Shown here: one piece after another, positions 43,162 through 53,083 of the stretch | Position numbering within the stretch: the first letter of the stretch is position 1 | How the letters are laid out: each line of letters starts with the position of its first letter | Assembly (NCBI GenBank): GCA_937895435.1 | Contig: CALAXT010000018.1 | Coordinates: forward strand, 3,216 to 67,215 | Direction of reading: 5' to 3' | DNA: 64,000 nucleotides | From: an uncultured Rhodobacteraceae bacterium | Lineage (GTDB): Bacteria > Pseudomonadota > Alphaproteobacteria > Rhodobacterales > Rhodobacteraceae | Position numbers and translations under genes: made by a program | Notes under the pieces: model-generated | Databases searched by the model: none | What the model saw: the letters and a program-made list of their open reading frames with translations, nothing else | What the model was told of the DNA's origin: nothing

Positions 43162-45372
43162 ATGACAACCCAAACAACATTAGAACTTACACTGGATGGT
43201 AAAACAGATTTTGAGACTCTGTGGGGAACCGACAGTTGGAGCACCCAACAAGACAGTGATACCGGCACATATGGCTGGCTTGGATATCTGAGCATTTATG
43301 ATGAAACTGGCGATGACACGCTGACCACAACCACCTTGCTTGATGGTGTCAACTGGAACATTGCCGCGTTGCGGTTTGGCGCCGCATATGAAAACAAAGC
43401 GATTATTACCGACCAAGACGATGGTGCCAATAGGGATATTGCCTATCTGAAACTGGGCAACAATTCCGATGTTGATCTTATTTCCACCCGCGTGCGATTT
43501 ATTGAGGGAGGTTATGGCGATCTGCACGATGTCACACTGGGGTCAGCAAGCACAACAGCAATCCAGTTAGGCGCCACCACCAATATTGTGACCACTGGCT
43601 CGGGCTATGTCGGCAGCATTTCGACCAATGGCAATGATACGATCACCATTGGGTCCGGCGGGGCTGGGATGGTCGAAGTCGGCGGGGGTGACAACGTAAT
43701 TACAACGACCAGTGATTATGTGAACGCAATCATCATTATAGGCACCGGCACCAACACCGTCGATCTTGGCAGCGCTGGCGTGGAAAGCCTGCGGCTGAGC
43801 AAAGGCACCAACACGGTCGATACGGGCAGCGGCAATGTCACGTCGATCTTTGCCTATAGCGGTGCAACAAATAATATTACCGTCGGCACAGGCACCGTGG
43901 ATCAAATACGCTTCAGCCAAGGCACCCATTCCATCACCTCGACCGCGGGCGAAACCGGTGATCAGGGGTATATCGGGTCGATCTTGGTTTACGGCAGCGG
44001 TGAAACGAATGTGACCTTGGGCAATGGTGGCGCAAGTTCCATACGTCTGAGCGGCGGATCTGATAGCGTTGAAACTGGCAGTGGCTGGGTCGGGCAGATC
44101 ACAACCGGCGGTGGCGAAGATACCATCACAATCGGGTCTGGCGGCATTCAAATGCTGCATTCCGGCGGTGGCGATGATGTGATTACCGTCAATGGGTCGT
44201 TTGAAAGCATCATGGCGGGATATGGTGATGACATCATCACCCTCGCAAACCTCGGCTGGAATTTGGATAGCTATTCGGCACCCAGCGTAAACGGTGGCGC
44301 GGGGTCAGATACGTTTGTCCTTGGCCCCTATACAGACACAAACGCCAGTGTCGTGATCGATGGCGGCTATGGCAGCGGCACAATCGATATTGTCGATTTA
44401 AGCGGCTACACAACCGATCTGACCGTAACCCTGGCCAATGACGCGCAGTGGCAAGATTTGGGGGCCGGTTGGGTCACACTTTTGGGTATCGAAGGTTTAA
44501 TTGGCGGCAGCGGCAATGACGTTCTGACTGGGGCGTCCAGCGGATCAAACCAAAACAGCGTGCTTTACGGCGGAGCGGGCGATGACACGCTTTATGGTGG
44601 CGCGGGCGATGACTGGCTAGACGCCGGTGCAGGCAATGACGCAGTCTATGGCGGAGCGGGCGACGACATCATTGTACAATCCGGCAGCGGCACCCAATTC
44701 TATGACGGGGGTGCTGGTAACGACACCTATATGTGGGACACCTCAGCTTGGGGTAGCGTTGCGCTTGGAACCGTGTTGGTTAATTTGAACACTGGCTTTT
44801 CTGGGCTGCGCGATTTGCCAAATCATCCCAAAAACGACACGCTGACCAATATCGAAAATATTGACTTTACCGACCTTGAATATGCTTTTGAGCTGATCGG
44901 CGACGGCGGAAACAACATGATCACTGCGGGCGCTTTGGACGATCTGCTAAGGGGCGGCGGCAGAAATGATACGTTGGTCGGCGGTGCGGGCGACGACACG
45001 CTTTATGGCGATAATGGCGATGATAGCTTGACGGGCGGCACCGGCAAAGACGTGATGAACGGCGGACAAGGTGCTGATGATTTCATTTTTGCCGATGGTG
45101 ACACAGGCATTGGGCGGAACCGTGATGTTATCGTGAAATTCCGAACGCGATCCGATGATATCGATCTGCGCTTGATGGATGCAAACACAGATATCGATGG
45201 CGATCAGGCCTTTAGCTTTACGGGCAAAAATGCCAGTGCCAATGCAATTTGGACAAGCAAAATAGGAAAAAACACCATTGTACATGGTGATGTCGATGGC
45301 GATGGTGTGGCTGATTTTCAGATTCAGCTCAATGGCACAGCTAAGGTTATCGCAGGGGATTTCTTATTGTAA
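43162..45372 (+). CDS. RTX-type calcium-binding repeat protein (putative T1SS substrate)
   Basis: 736 aa. Canonical nonapeptides GGAGDDTLY-GGAGDDWLD-AGAGNDAVY-GGAGDDIIV and GGGRNDTLV-GGAGDDTLY-GDNGDDSLT-GGTGKDVMN-GGQGADDFI. Serralysin-C-like tail ...DIDLRLMDANTDIDGDQAFSF...GDVDGDGVADFQIQLNG...GDFLL. No signal peptide. Confidence 0.85.
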   Translation: MTTQTTLELTLDGKTDFETLWGTDSWSTQQDSDTGTYGWLGYLSIYDETGDDTLTTTTLLDGVNWNIAALRFGAAYENKAIITDQDDGANRDIAYLKLGNNSDVDLISTRVRFIEGGYGDLHDVTLGSASTTAIQLGATTNIVTTGSGYVGSISTNGNDTITIGSGGAGMVEVGGGDNVITTTSDYVNAIIIIGTGTNTVDLGSAGVESLRLSKGTNTVDTGSGNVTSIFAYSGATNNITVGTGTVDQIRFSQGTHSITSTAGETGDQGYIGSILVYGSGETNVTLGNGGASSIRLSGGSDSVETGSGWVGQITTGGGEDTITIGSGGIQMLHSGGGDDVITVNGSFESIMAGYGDDIITLANLGWNLDSYSAPSVNGGAGSDTFVLGPYTDTNASVVIDGGYGSGTIDIVDLSGYTTDLTVTLANDAQWQDLGAGWVTLLGIEGLIGGSGNDVLTGASSGSNQNSVLYGGAGDDTLYGGAGDDWLDAGAGNDAVYGGAGDDIIVQSGSGTQFYDGGAGNDTYMWDTSAWGSVALGTVLVNLNTGFSGLRDLPNHPKNDTLTNIENIDFTDLEYAFELIGDGGNNMITAGALDDLLRGGGRNDTLVGGAGDDTLYGDNGDDSLTGGTGKDVMNGGQGADDFIFADGDTGIGRNRDVIVKFRTRSDDIDLRLMDANTDIDGDQAFSFTGKNASANAIWTSKIGKNTIVHGDVDGDGVADFQIQLNGTAKVIAGDFLL

Positions 45373-45405
45373 CGCCATTGGTCGGGCCGAAAACTGCCAC
45401 CAAAC

Positions 45406-46017
45406 TTAGGATTTGCCCGCCCCAATCCGTGGCTCGGTGCCGCGCAAAAGCCGGGCGATATTGGCGCGGTGCCGCCACAGAACAAAGCCCGCCATCACCG
45501 CCAAGAAACCCGTTTTTGCCCCATAGCCCAAAGCCAGCGCCGCAGCCGGGCCCATCAGCGCACCCGCCATGCCCGCAACCGAGGAAATGCGCAGCAATTT
45601 TGCAACCGCGGCCCAGGCGGCACACATCGCCAACCCCACAGGCCACGCCAGCGCCAGTGCAACCCCCAGCAACGTCGCCACCCCTTTGCCACCACGAAAG
45701 CCCAGCCAAACCGGATAAAGATGGCCCAAAAACGCAGCAAGCCCCGCCATCTGCGCCGCCTCTTCGCCCCAGACCGCCCGCGCCAGCAAAACCGCCCCCG
45801 CACCCTTAAGCGCATCCAACACCAAGGTCATCGCAGCGGCTGCTTTATTGCCGGTGCGCAGCACATTGGTTGCACCAATATTGCCAGATCCGATGCTGCG
45901 CAAATCGCCCAAACCCATCAGCCGCGCCAAAATCAACCCAAAAGGGATGGCGCCCATCGCATAAGACAGCCCCAGTATCAGCAGCAGTTCGGGCACAGAT
46001 ATCGCCATCTCAAACAT
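45406..46017 (-). CDS. plsY: Glycerol-3-phosphate acyltransferase PlsY
   Basis: 203 aa. ...SYAMGAIPFGLILARLMGLGDLRSIGSGNIGATNVLRTGNK is the PlsY signature. Polytopic membrane protein. Confidence 0.9.
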   Translation of the reverse strand: MFEMAISVPELLLILGLSYAMGAIPFGLILARLMGLGDLRSIGSGNIGATNVLRTGNKAAAAMTLVLDALKGAGAVLLARAVWGEEAAQMAGLAAFLGHLYPVWLGFRGGKGVATLLGVALALAWPVGLAMCAAWAAVAKLLRISSVAGMAGALMGPAAALALGYGAKTGFLAVMAGFVLWRHRANIARLLRGTEPRIGAGKS

Positions 46018-47295
46018 TCAATAGCCCTCACCAAAAACGCAGCGCCCCGCCACAAAGCTCGCCCGCACCCTGCCCTGCATCCGCTGGCCATCAAAAGGCG
46101 TATTGCGCGATTTTGATCGCAGGCTGGCGCGGTCCAACACAAAGGGCAGATCGGGGTCAAACAGCACCAAATCCGCAGGAGCCCCCACCGACAACCGCCC
46201 CGCTGGCAGGCCCAAAAGCCGCGCTGGGTTCAACGAAAGCGCCCGAAAGAGCTGCGCCATGCTCAGATCACCCGAATGCACCAAACGCAGCGCTGCGGGC
46301 AATAACGTCTCTAACCCAACGGCACCAGCGGCTGCATCTTCAAAGGGCAAGCGTTTTGATTCTTCGTCCTGGGGGGTGTGCATCGAACAAATGACATCAA
46401 TCAGCCCTTCGGCCACCGCAGCAACCATCGCCACCCGATCATCTTCGGCGCGCAACGGTGGGGTCATGCGGAAAAAGGTGCGGTAATCGCCAATATCAAA
46501 CTCATTCAGCGTCAGATGGTGAATACTGACACCCGCCGTGACCCTTAGACCATTGGCCTTGGCACGCGCCAACGCGGGCAGGCTGCGCGCCGTTGTGATT
46601 TGATCGGCATGATAGCGCACGCCTGTCATTTCGACCAAGGCAATATCACGATCAAGCCCCATCCGTTCGGCCATGGGCGAGACATGCGGCAAACCGCGCA
46701 GGCTGGCAAATTTGCCGCTGGTAGCCACAGCCCCGGCCGACAGGCTAGGATCTTGTGGATGCCCAATAACCAGCGCACCCAAACTGCGGGCATAGGTCAT
46801 GCAGCGGGCCAGTACTTTGGTATTGGCCACAACGTGATCGCAATCGCTAAAAGCCACCGCACCAGCATCACGCAGAAATCCAATTTCAACCATCTCGCGG
46901 CCAGCACGGCCTTTGGTCAGTGCGGCCATGTGGTGAATGTTCACCGGGCTTGCAGCCGCGGCGCGGCGGGTAACAAATTCAAGAATTTCCGGTGTATCAA
47001 TCGCAGGGTCAGTATCGGGGCGGGTCACCATGGTGGTCACCCCCCCTGCCGCTGCCGCCAGCCCAGCGGAACGAAAGCTTTCTTTGTGCCGTTCGCCCGG
47101 CTCGCCGACCTTTACCCCCAGATCAATAATGCCGGGCGCCAGACATTTGCCCCCACAGTCAACCACTCGGGCACCAAGTGGGGCGTCAACGGCCCCAATG
47201 GCGGTGATCACGCCCCCCTCAACCACGATATTTCCGATGGTTTCCGTCAGGGCCTCTGGGTCGATCAGGCGGGCGTTTTCAAAAAAAAGCGTCAT
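46018..47295 (-). CDS. Dihydroorotase-like protein, probably non-catalytic PyrC'
   Basis: 425 aa amidohydrolase-fold DHOase homolog whose start overlaps the pyrB stop (ATGA). Where HxH is expected it reads [14 protein letters not shown], and where ATDHAPH is expected it reads ICSMHTPQ. Confidence 0.8.
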   Translation of the reverse strand: MTLFFENARLIDPEALTETIGNIVVEGGVITAIGAVDAPLGARVVDCGGKCLAPGIIDLGVKVGEPGERHKESFRSAGLAAAAGGVTTMVTRPDTDPAIDTPEILEFVTRRAAAASPVNIHHMAALTKGRAGREMVEIGFLRDAGAVAFSDCDHVVANTKVLARCMTYARSLGALVIGHPQDPSLSAGAVATSGKFASLRGLPHVSPMAERMGLDRDIALVEMTGVRYHADQITTARSLPALARAKANGLRVTAGVSIHHLTLNEFDIGDYRTFFRMTPPLRAEDDRVAMVAAVAEGLIDVICSMHTPQDEESKRLPFEDAAAGAVGLETLLPAALRLVHSGDLSMAQLFRALSLNPARLLGLPAGRLSVGAPADLVLFDPDLPFVLDRASLRSKSRNTPFDGQRMQGRVRASFVAGRCVFGEGY

Positions 47296-48260
47296 GCCAT
47301 CATCCCCGCTTCGCCAGCCCGTGCCGCGCGTGCATCGCGCAGATTTCGGGCCAGCAAATCCATCGCAGCCATGCGCACCGCTACACCCATTTCCACCTGA
47401 TCTTGAATAACAGATCGGTTGATATCATCAGCCAGCGTGCCATCAATTTCGACACCACGGTTCATTGGCCCAGGATGCATCACAATGGCATCAGGCTTTG
47501 CAAAAGCAAGTTTTTCGGCATCTAATCCATAGCGGTGATAATATTCACGCTCAGATGGAACAAACCCACCATCCATTCGTTCGCGTTGCAGCCGCAGCAT
47601 CATCACAACATCGACACCCTGCAGCCCCTCGGCCATGTCTTCAAAGACTTCACAGCCCAGATCGGCCACGCCAGGGGGCATCAGCGTGGGTGGGCCGATC
47701 AGGCGCAGCCGATTTTCCATCTTGCCCAGCAAAATCAGATTTGATCGTGCCACCCTTGAATGGGCGATATCCCCGCAAATCGCCACGCTAAGCCGCTGAA
47801 TACGCCCCTTGGCGCGGCGAATGGTCAGCGCATCGAGCAGCGCCTGTGTTGGATGTTCGTGGCGGCCATCGCCCGCATTCAACACGGCGCAGTTCACTTT
47901 TTCAGCCAGCAAATTCACCGCCCCCGATGCCGGGTGGCGCACAACCAACAGATCAGGGTGCATGGCGTTCAGGGTCATGGCGGTATCTAGCAGGGTCTCG
48001 CCCTTTTTCACGCTGGACTGGGCCACCGACATATTCATCACATCAGCACCCAGCCGCTTTCCAGCCAACTCAAAGCTGGCTTGCGTACGGGTTGAGGCTT
48101 CGAAGAACATGTTGATCTGTGTCATGCCTGCCAGCGCGTCTGATTGCTTAACCGTGGCGCGGTTCAAATCAACATAGCGATCGGCCAGATCCAGAACGGT
48201 GACAATCTCATCAGGGGCCAACGGCTCAATCCCCAACAAATGGCGCGCGCGAAATGTCAT
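47292..48260 (-). CDS. pyrB: Aspartate carbamoyltransferase catalytic chain PyrB
   Basis: 322 aa. ...[23 protein letters not shown] (STRT motif), HPTQALLD, ...[11 protein letters not shown]. Confidence 0.95.
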   Translation of the reverse strand: MTFRARHLLGIEPLAPDEIVTVLDLADRYVDLNRATVKQSDALAGMTQINMFFEASTRTQASFELAGKRLGADVMNMSVAQSSVKKGETLLDTAMTLNAMHPDLLVVRHPASGAVNLLAEKVNCAVLNAGDGRHEHPTQALLDALTIRRAKGRIQRLSVAICGDIAHSRVARSNLILLGKMENRLRLIGPPTLMPPGVADLGCEVFEDMAEGLQGVDVVMMLRLQRERMDGGFVPSEREYYHRYGLDAEKLAFAKPDAIVMHPGPMNRGVEIDGTLADDINRSVIQDQVEMGVAVRMAAMDLLARNLRDARAARAGEAGMMA

Positions 48261-48368
48261 GGCATCCCCCCAAAGGCAGGCCCTTGGCCCTGCCCTCTCT
48301 ATAGAAAGCCCACGCGGTCACGACAAGCACGGCTTTACCTGCGCCTCGCCACGCCCTAGGGTCACGTC

Positions 48369-49154
48369 ATGACGCAGGCCTTGGATTTTCACACACTAAA
48401 AGCACTGCTGGAATGGCAGATTGACCTTGGTGCGACCGAGGCAATTGGTGATGCGCCAATCAACCGCTTTGAAGCGCCCGCCAAAGCACCCCAACCCATC
48501 CGCCCGCAAGATCCTGCCCCCCAAGACCTGCCCACGCCCCCCCCCGCAGCCAACCAGACCGAGATCGCACAAACACTGGCCACCCAAGCCACAGATCTGG
48601 TCAGCCTGCGGGCAGCTTTAGCCGCATTTGATGGCTGCGATCTGAAAAAAGGTGCACGCAATATGGTGTTCGCCGATGGCAACCCCGCTGCACGGGTGAT
48701 GGTGATTGGCGAGGCACCGGGGCGCGAGGAAGATCTACATGGCCGACCCTTTGTGGGGGCAGCAGGGCAACTGCTTGATAAGATGTTCGCCGCCATTGGC
48801 CTGTCGCGGGGCAGCGAAGATCCAGATACGGCGATTTACATCACCAATATTTTGCCATGGCGTCCACCGCAAAATCGTGAGCCCACGCCACAAGAAATTG
48901 CCATGCTGATGCCGTTTGTCGCCCAACATATCAACTTGGCCGCACCCCAATTGATTATAGCAATGGGCAACACACCCTGCGCGGCGCTGTTGGGCCAGCG
49001 TGGCATCACCCGTCTGCGTGGCACCTTTACCACTGCCTTTGACAGGCCCGTGTTGCCGATGCTGCATCCGGCCTATCTGCTGCGCAATCCCATCGCCAAG
49101 CGCGACGCTTGGTGCGATCTTTTGACCCTGAAAGCAAGGATGCACCCAACATGA
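48369..49154 (+). CDS. Family-4 uracil-DNA glycosylase with an N-terminal extension
   Basis: 261 aa. VMVIGEAPGREEDLHGRPFVGAAGQLLDKM (GEAPG motif), ...YITNILPWRPPQNREP, ...PMLHPAYLLRNP. Confidence 0.85.
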   Translation: MTQALDFHTLKALLEWQIDLGATEAIGDAPINRFEAPAKAPQPIRPQDPAPQDLPTPPPAANQTEIAQTLATQATDLVSLRAALAAFDGCDLKKGARNMVFADGNPAARVMVIGEAPGREEDLHGRPFVGAAGQLLDKMFAAIGLSRGSEDPDTAIYITNILPWRPPQNREPTPQEIAMLMPFVAQHINLAAPQLIIAMGNTPCAALLGQRGITRLRGTFTTAFDRPVLPMLHPAYLLRNPIAKRDAWCDLLTLKARMHPT

Positions 49155-49693
49155 GCCGCATCGACGAAAACCGCGAATTTATGGCTGTGCGCATCGCGGT
49201 TTTAACCGTCTCTGACACCCGCAGCATAACAGATGACCGATCAGGCGATACACTGGTGGAACGGTTGACAGGCGCAGGCCATCTGTTGGCTGCGCGCGCC
49301 ATCGTGCAAGATGAACGGGCCGATATCGCCGCACAACTGCGCACATGGTGTGCTGACCCTGAAATTGATGTCATTTTATCAACTGGTGGCACGGGCCTGA
49401 CTGGCCGTGATGTCACAGTCGAAGCCCATCGCGATGTCTATGAAAAAGAGATTGAGGCCTTTGGCACCGTGTTCACTCTGATTTCCATGCAGAAAATTGG
49501 CACATCAGCCGTGCAAAGCCGTGCCTGTGGCGGGGTGGCTATGGGCACCTATCTCTTTGCTCTGCCCGGCAGCCCCGGTGGCTGTCGCGATGCTTGGGAT
49601 GAAATCTTGCGCTGGCAACTGGATTATCGCCATCGCCCTTGTAATTTTGTCGAAATTTTTCCCCGGCTCGAAGAACACAAACGCCGTAAATAA
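49151..49693 (+). CDS. moaB: Molybdenum cofactor biosynthesis protein MoaB
   Basis: Start at ATG 49151, overlapping the upstream stop (ATGA). IAVLTVSDTRS..DDRSGDTLVERL...ILSTGGTGLTGRDVT...FGTVFTLISMQKIGTSAVQSRA...RHRPCNF parallels E. coli MoaB throughout. Confidence 0.9.
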   Translation: MSRIDENREFMAVRIAVLTVSDTRSITDDRSGDTLVERLTGAGHLLAARAIVQDERADIAAQLRTWCADPEIDVILSTGGTGLTGRDVTVEAHRDVYEKEIEAFGTVFTLISMQKIGTSAVQSRACGGVAMGTYLFALPGSPGGCRDAWDEILRWQLDYRHRPCNFVEIFPRLEEHKRRK

Positions 49694-49711
49694 CCCGAGC
49701 GCACCGCAGGT

Positions 49712-50563
49712 TTAGCGCTGTGGTGCCGGGCAACCCACCAAATCAATCGCGCCGCCGGGGTGCAAAAGCGTCAGCCGAATATCGCCACGGGTCAGCGCCA
49801 AACTGACCCCGCGTGGTGGCACCAGATCGCTGGTCAGGCGCAGCCGCGATTGGTCTTGCTGGGCCAGAACTTCGGACACCCAGATATCAGGGTCGGGCAA
49901 CTCAATCACACCCAGATAACCACCACCAACCCAGTCCATATTTCGGCCCATCTCTCGGCCCAGATCAATATCAGCCGTCAGCCGCAGCCCATCAGCAATC
50001 GGCACAACGGTGCAAGAAACATCGCCCAGCCCAGCCGCCGCAGCACTTTGCGGTTGCGCAGCCAGCGCTTGCTCGATCAGCGCATTTTTGGGGCCAAGAT
50101 GTTGCACCGGCAACGCCGCCGCAAGATCCAACCGCAGCGGCATGCAGATGTCATGACAAATGCCCAAATCCACGCCCAGCTGCACTGCAATCGGCTGTGC
50201 GGTGTCTTGCGGAGTCAGCAAAATTGGTAAAATAAGCTCTTCCGCATAACCAATGGTCTGATAGCCACCCAAATCGAACACCTGCGGAACCGGCCACAAT
50301 ATCTCCACCGCCCCCAGATTTTGTGACCCCGCCCAAGCAAAGCGTGGTGCAACCCCCGCTGCCCCCGGCGCGCGCCAATAGGTTTTCCAATGCTGGGCCA
50401 ACCGCAAATGCAGCGCCACCATCTGCTGCCCACCCGATAGCTGCCACCCTGGCACAATCTGCGCTGAAATCAGCGCATCAGGCAGGCCTTGGGCCCGCAC
50501 CAGACGCCCGGCGGGCAATAAGGCCAATCCAAGCCCCAACATCAAAGCAAAAACATATCTCAT
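49712..50563 (-). CDS. Periplasmic DsbD-N-terminal-domain-like protein
   Basis: Signal peptide MRYVFALMLGLGLALLPAGRLVRAQG. HWKTYWRAPGAAGVAPRFAWAGSQN...WPVP is the characteristic motif of the DsbD/DsbC N-terminal domain family. ATG 50563 is preferred over GTG 50581. Confidence 0.7.
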   Translation of the reverse strand: MRYVFALMLGLGLALLPAGRLVRAQGLPDALISAQIVPGWQLSGGQQMVALHLRLAQHWKTYWRAPGAAGVAPRFAWAGSQNLGAVEILWPVPQVFDLGGYQTIGYAEELILPILLTPQDTAQPIAVQLGVDLGICHDICMPLRLDLAAALPVQHLGPKNALIEQALAAQPQSAAAAGLGDVSCTVVPIADGLRLTADIDLGREMGRNMDWVGGGYLGVIELPDPDIWVSEVLAQQDQSRLRLTSDLVPPRGVSLALTRGDIRLTLLHPGGAIDLVGCPAPQR

Positions 50564-50714
50564 AACGTCGATATTAGGCACATAGACGCAATTTGGAAAT
50601 CACATTCCAGACACAATAACAATCAAACCGCACCCGCCCCCTTGCCCTTGCGCGATAATCCCGCGACGGTGGCAATGGTGGTGGCTAAAGCAACAATGGG
50701 GGCAAAGGCCTGCG

Positions 50715-51281
50715 ATGGATCTTTGTGGCAAAATTTTGATTGCCATGCCAGGCATGGGCGATGGTGGCTTTGGCCACAGCATCGTTTTTTTGTGCGCCCA
50801 TTCTGATGAGGGCGCGATGGGGCTAATTGTCAACAAACCTGCAAAAGATCTGACGTTTAAGAAATTGGTTGGCCAACTTGATATCGCATTCGACGAATCA
50901 GCGCTGTATGGCCAACAGATACCACCGGTCTATTTCGGCGGCCCCGTGGAACGCGGCCGGGGCTTTGTGTTGCATTCTCCCGAATATGGAACCAACCCAG
51001 CCACGCTGCGGGTAAACGGTGATTTTGCCATGACCGCAACGCTTGATGTGTTGGAAGATATCGCCCGCGGTCAAGGGCCACAGGCCTGTCTGTTGGCTTT
51101 GGGCTATGCGGGTTGGGCGCCGGGCCAATTAGAAGATGAGATTGCACAAAATGGCTGGCTGACATGTGACGGCCACCGCGATTTGGTTTTTCAAGCGCCC
51201 GACACCACAAAATGGTCGCGCGCGCTGAAATCACTGGGTGTCGATGCGCTCAGCCTGTCGGCTGCCGCTGGCCGGGCATAG
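50715..51281 (+). CDS. YqgE/AlgH family protein (UPF0301)
   Basis: 188 aa. GKILIAMPGMGDGGFGHSIVFLCAHSDEGAMGLIVNKP... and ...LGYAGWAPGQLEDEIAQNGWL. Confidence 0.85.
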   Translation: MDLCGKILIAMPGMGDGGFGHSIVFLCAHSDEGAMGLIVNKPAKDLTFKKLVGQLDIAFDESALYGQQIPPVYFGGPVERGRGFVLHSPEYGTNPATLRVNGDFAMTATLDVLEDIARGQGPQACLLALGYAGWAPGQLEDEIAQNGWLTCDGHRDLVFQAPDTTKWSRALKSLGVDALSLSAAAGRA

Positions 51282-51290
51282 GGCCAAAGA

Positions 51291-52421
51291 CTACACCGGC
51301 CAGCCTGCATCGTCATGCTCGCCCAGCTTGGGCGAGGCTCGGCCCAGTGTCAGTTCTGCCCGCGAAAACACAAAGGGCGCCCGCACCCCCGGCACACCCT
51401 CTGGCGCGATTTGCAAACCACGATGGATCACCTGCGGATCGGCAAAAACCTCGGCTAAATCATTAATTTGGTCAGCTGGCACGCCATGGGTTTCACAAGC
51501 GGCCAAAAGATCAACCTTGGTAAAACGCAATGTCTGTTGCGTCAGACGGCGTGTCAGTTCGGCGCGATTGGCAACCCGGTCGGCGTTGGTGAAAAATTCT
51601 GGCATCTGCGCCATGTCAGGCACGCCCAAAAGCTGACACAGCCGGTGAAATTGCCCATCATTGCCAATTGCCAAAATCACCCACCCATCCGCACAAGTAT
51701 AAACCGCATAGGGGGCAAGGTTTGGGTGGTCATTGCCCAGACGGATCGGTGCATGCCCCGTCGTCAGGTAATTCATTGCTTGGTTGGCCATTACGGCCGT
51801 TGCAACATCCAACAGCGCCATGTCAATATGCTGGCCCAGCCCCGTCAAAGCGCGCTGATGCACCGCAGCCAGAATGGCAGTGCAGGCATAGATGCCAGTC
51901 AGAATATCTGTGACAGCCACACCCACCTTTTGCGGCTGCCCGTCGGGTGTGCCGGTCACTGACATCAAGCCAGACATGCCCTGAATGATAAAATCATACC
52001 CCGCCCGATGGGCATAGGGGCCAGTTTGGCCAAACCCCGTGATCGAACAATAGATCAGCCGCGGATTGATCTCTGCCAAACTTGGATAGTCCAAGCCATA
52101 TTTGGCCAACCCACCGACCTTGAAATTTTCAATCACTACATCAGCACTGCGCACCAAATCTTGCACCCGCGCGCGCCCCTGTGGGGTACGAAAATCAGCC
52201 GCAACAGACCGCTTGCCACGATTGGCACCATGAAAATAGGCCGCCGACTGGTCATCACCCCGGTCGACAAAAGGCGGGCCCCAACGACGGGTATCATCGC
52301 CCTCGGGGGCCTCAATCTTGATGACATCGGCACCCAAATCAGCCAGGGTCTGACCAGCCCAAGGGCCCGCCAGAATGCGCGCCAACTCAACGACCCGCAG
52401 GCCCGCAAGCGGTGCTGTCAT
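51291..52421 (-). CDS. Family III CoA-transferase (CaiB/BaiF type)
   Basis: 376 aa. MTAPLAGLRVVELARILAGPWAGQTLADLGADVIKIE... and ...GRDFIGIE-type core. Typical CoA_transf_3 N-terminus. Confidence 0.85.
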   Translation of the reverse strand: MTAPLAGLRVVELARILAGPWAGQTLADLGADVIKIEAPEGDDTRRWGPPFVDRGDDQSAAYFHGANRGKRSVAADFRTPQGRARVQDLVRSADVVIENFKVGGLAKYGLDYPSLAEINPRLIYCSITGFGQTGPYAHRAGYDFIIQGMSGLMSVTGTPDGQPQKVGVAVTDILTGIYACTAILAAVHQRALTGLGQHIDMALLDVATAVMANQAMNYLTTGHAPIRLGNDHPNLAPYAVYTCADGWVILAIGNDGQFHRLCQLLGVPDMAQMPEFFTNADRVANRAELTRRLTQQTLRFTKVDLLAACETHGVPADQINDLAEVFADPQVIHRGLQIAPEGVPGVRAPFVFSRAELTLGRASPKLGEHDDAGWPV

Positions 52422-52424
52422 CGG

Positions 52425-53072
52425 CTATTTCGCCGCCAATTTTGCATCAAGCAACGTGGCAAAGGCTTTATAGGCCATGTTGGAGTGCCGCTCACCATCG
52501 ATAATGAAACTGGGCGTGCCCTCAATTCCGTCTGCTGCGCTATTCTTTTGGTAAGCGGCCACCAGCGCCTCGGCCAAAGGTTTGTTTTGCAAACAGGCCT
52601 CAATGCTATCATTGCTCATGCCCGACACCCGGCCAATTCGGCGCAGGTTATCAGCAATGACAGCCGGATCCCGGTCTGACAGCCAAGAGTCACGCGCAGA
52701 ATAATAGGTATCTACAAACCCAAAATACCGCTCAGGCCCCGCACAGCGCGCCAGCATGGCCGCCCAAAGACCAATGCCGTCAAAATACACTTCGCGATAG
52801 GTGAAAAAAACCTTGCCGGTGTCAATGTAGTTAGCCTTGAGTTCTTTAAAGACGTCAGTGTGAAAATCGGCGCAATGCGGGCAGGTAAAGGATGCGTATT
52901 CCGTCACTTTGATCGGGGCATCTGGATCCCCCATGGTAAAGTCTTGCAACAACTCCGGCGCCAAATCCGCCGTTTCGCCAGCAGCTGTTTGCGCCCAAAC
53001 TGGGCGCATTCCACCCACCATACCCGACAAACCACCAGCGGCCATCAGGCCCAGTGCAATTCTTCTGTCCAT
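52425..53072 (-). CDS. DsbA-family thiol:disulfide oxidoreductase
   Basis: 215 aa. Tat/Sec-like signal (MDRRIALGLMAAGGLSG...). Thioredoxin active site FTCPHCADF. Confidence 0.85.
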   Translation of the reverse strand: MDRRIALGLMAAGGLSGMVGGMRPVWAQTAAGETADLAPELLQDFTMGDPDAPIKVTEYASFTCPHCADFHTDVFKELKANYIDTGKVFFTYREVYFDGIGLWAAMLARCAGPERYFGFVDTYYSARDSWLSDRDPAVIADNLRRIGRVSGMSNDSIEACLQNKPLAEALVAAYQKNSAADGIEGTPSFIIDGERHSNMAYKAFATLLDAKLAAK

Positions 53073-53083
53073 GGAAAACCTTT

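Noticed and set aside
45378-46116. Pro/Arg-rich plus-strand ORFs (143 and 215 aa) opposite plsY
   Set aside because: PlsY on the minus strand is unambiguous (GSGNIGATN motif). The Pro-rich frames are the complement of Gly/Ala-rich membrane-protein codons.
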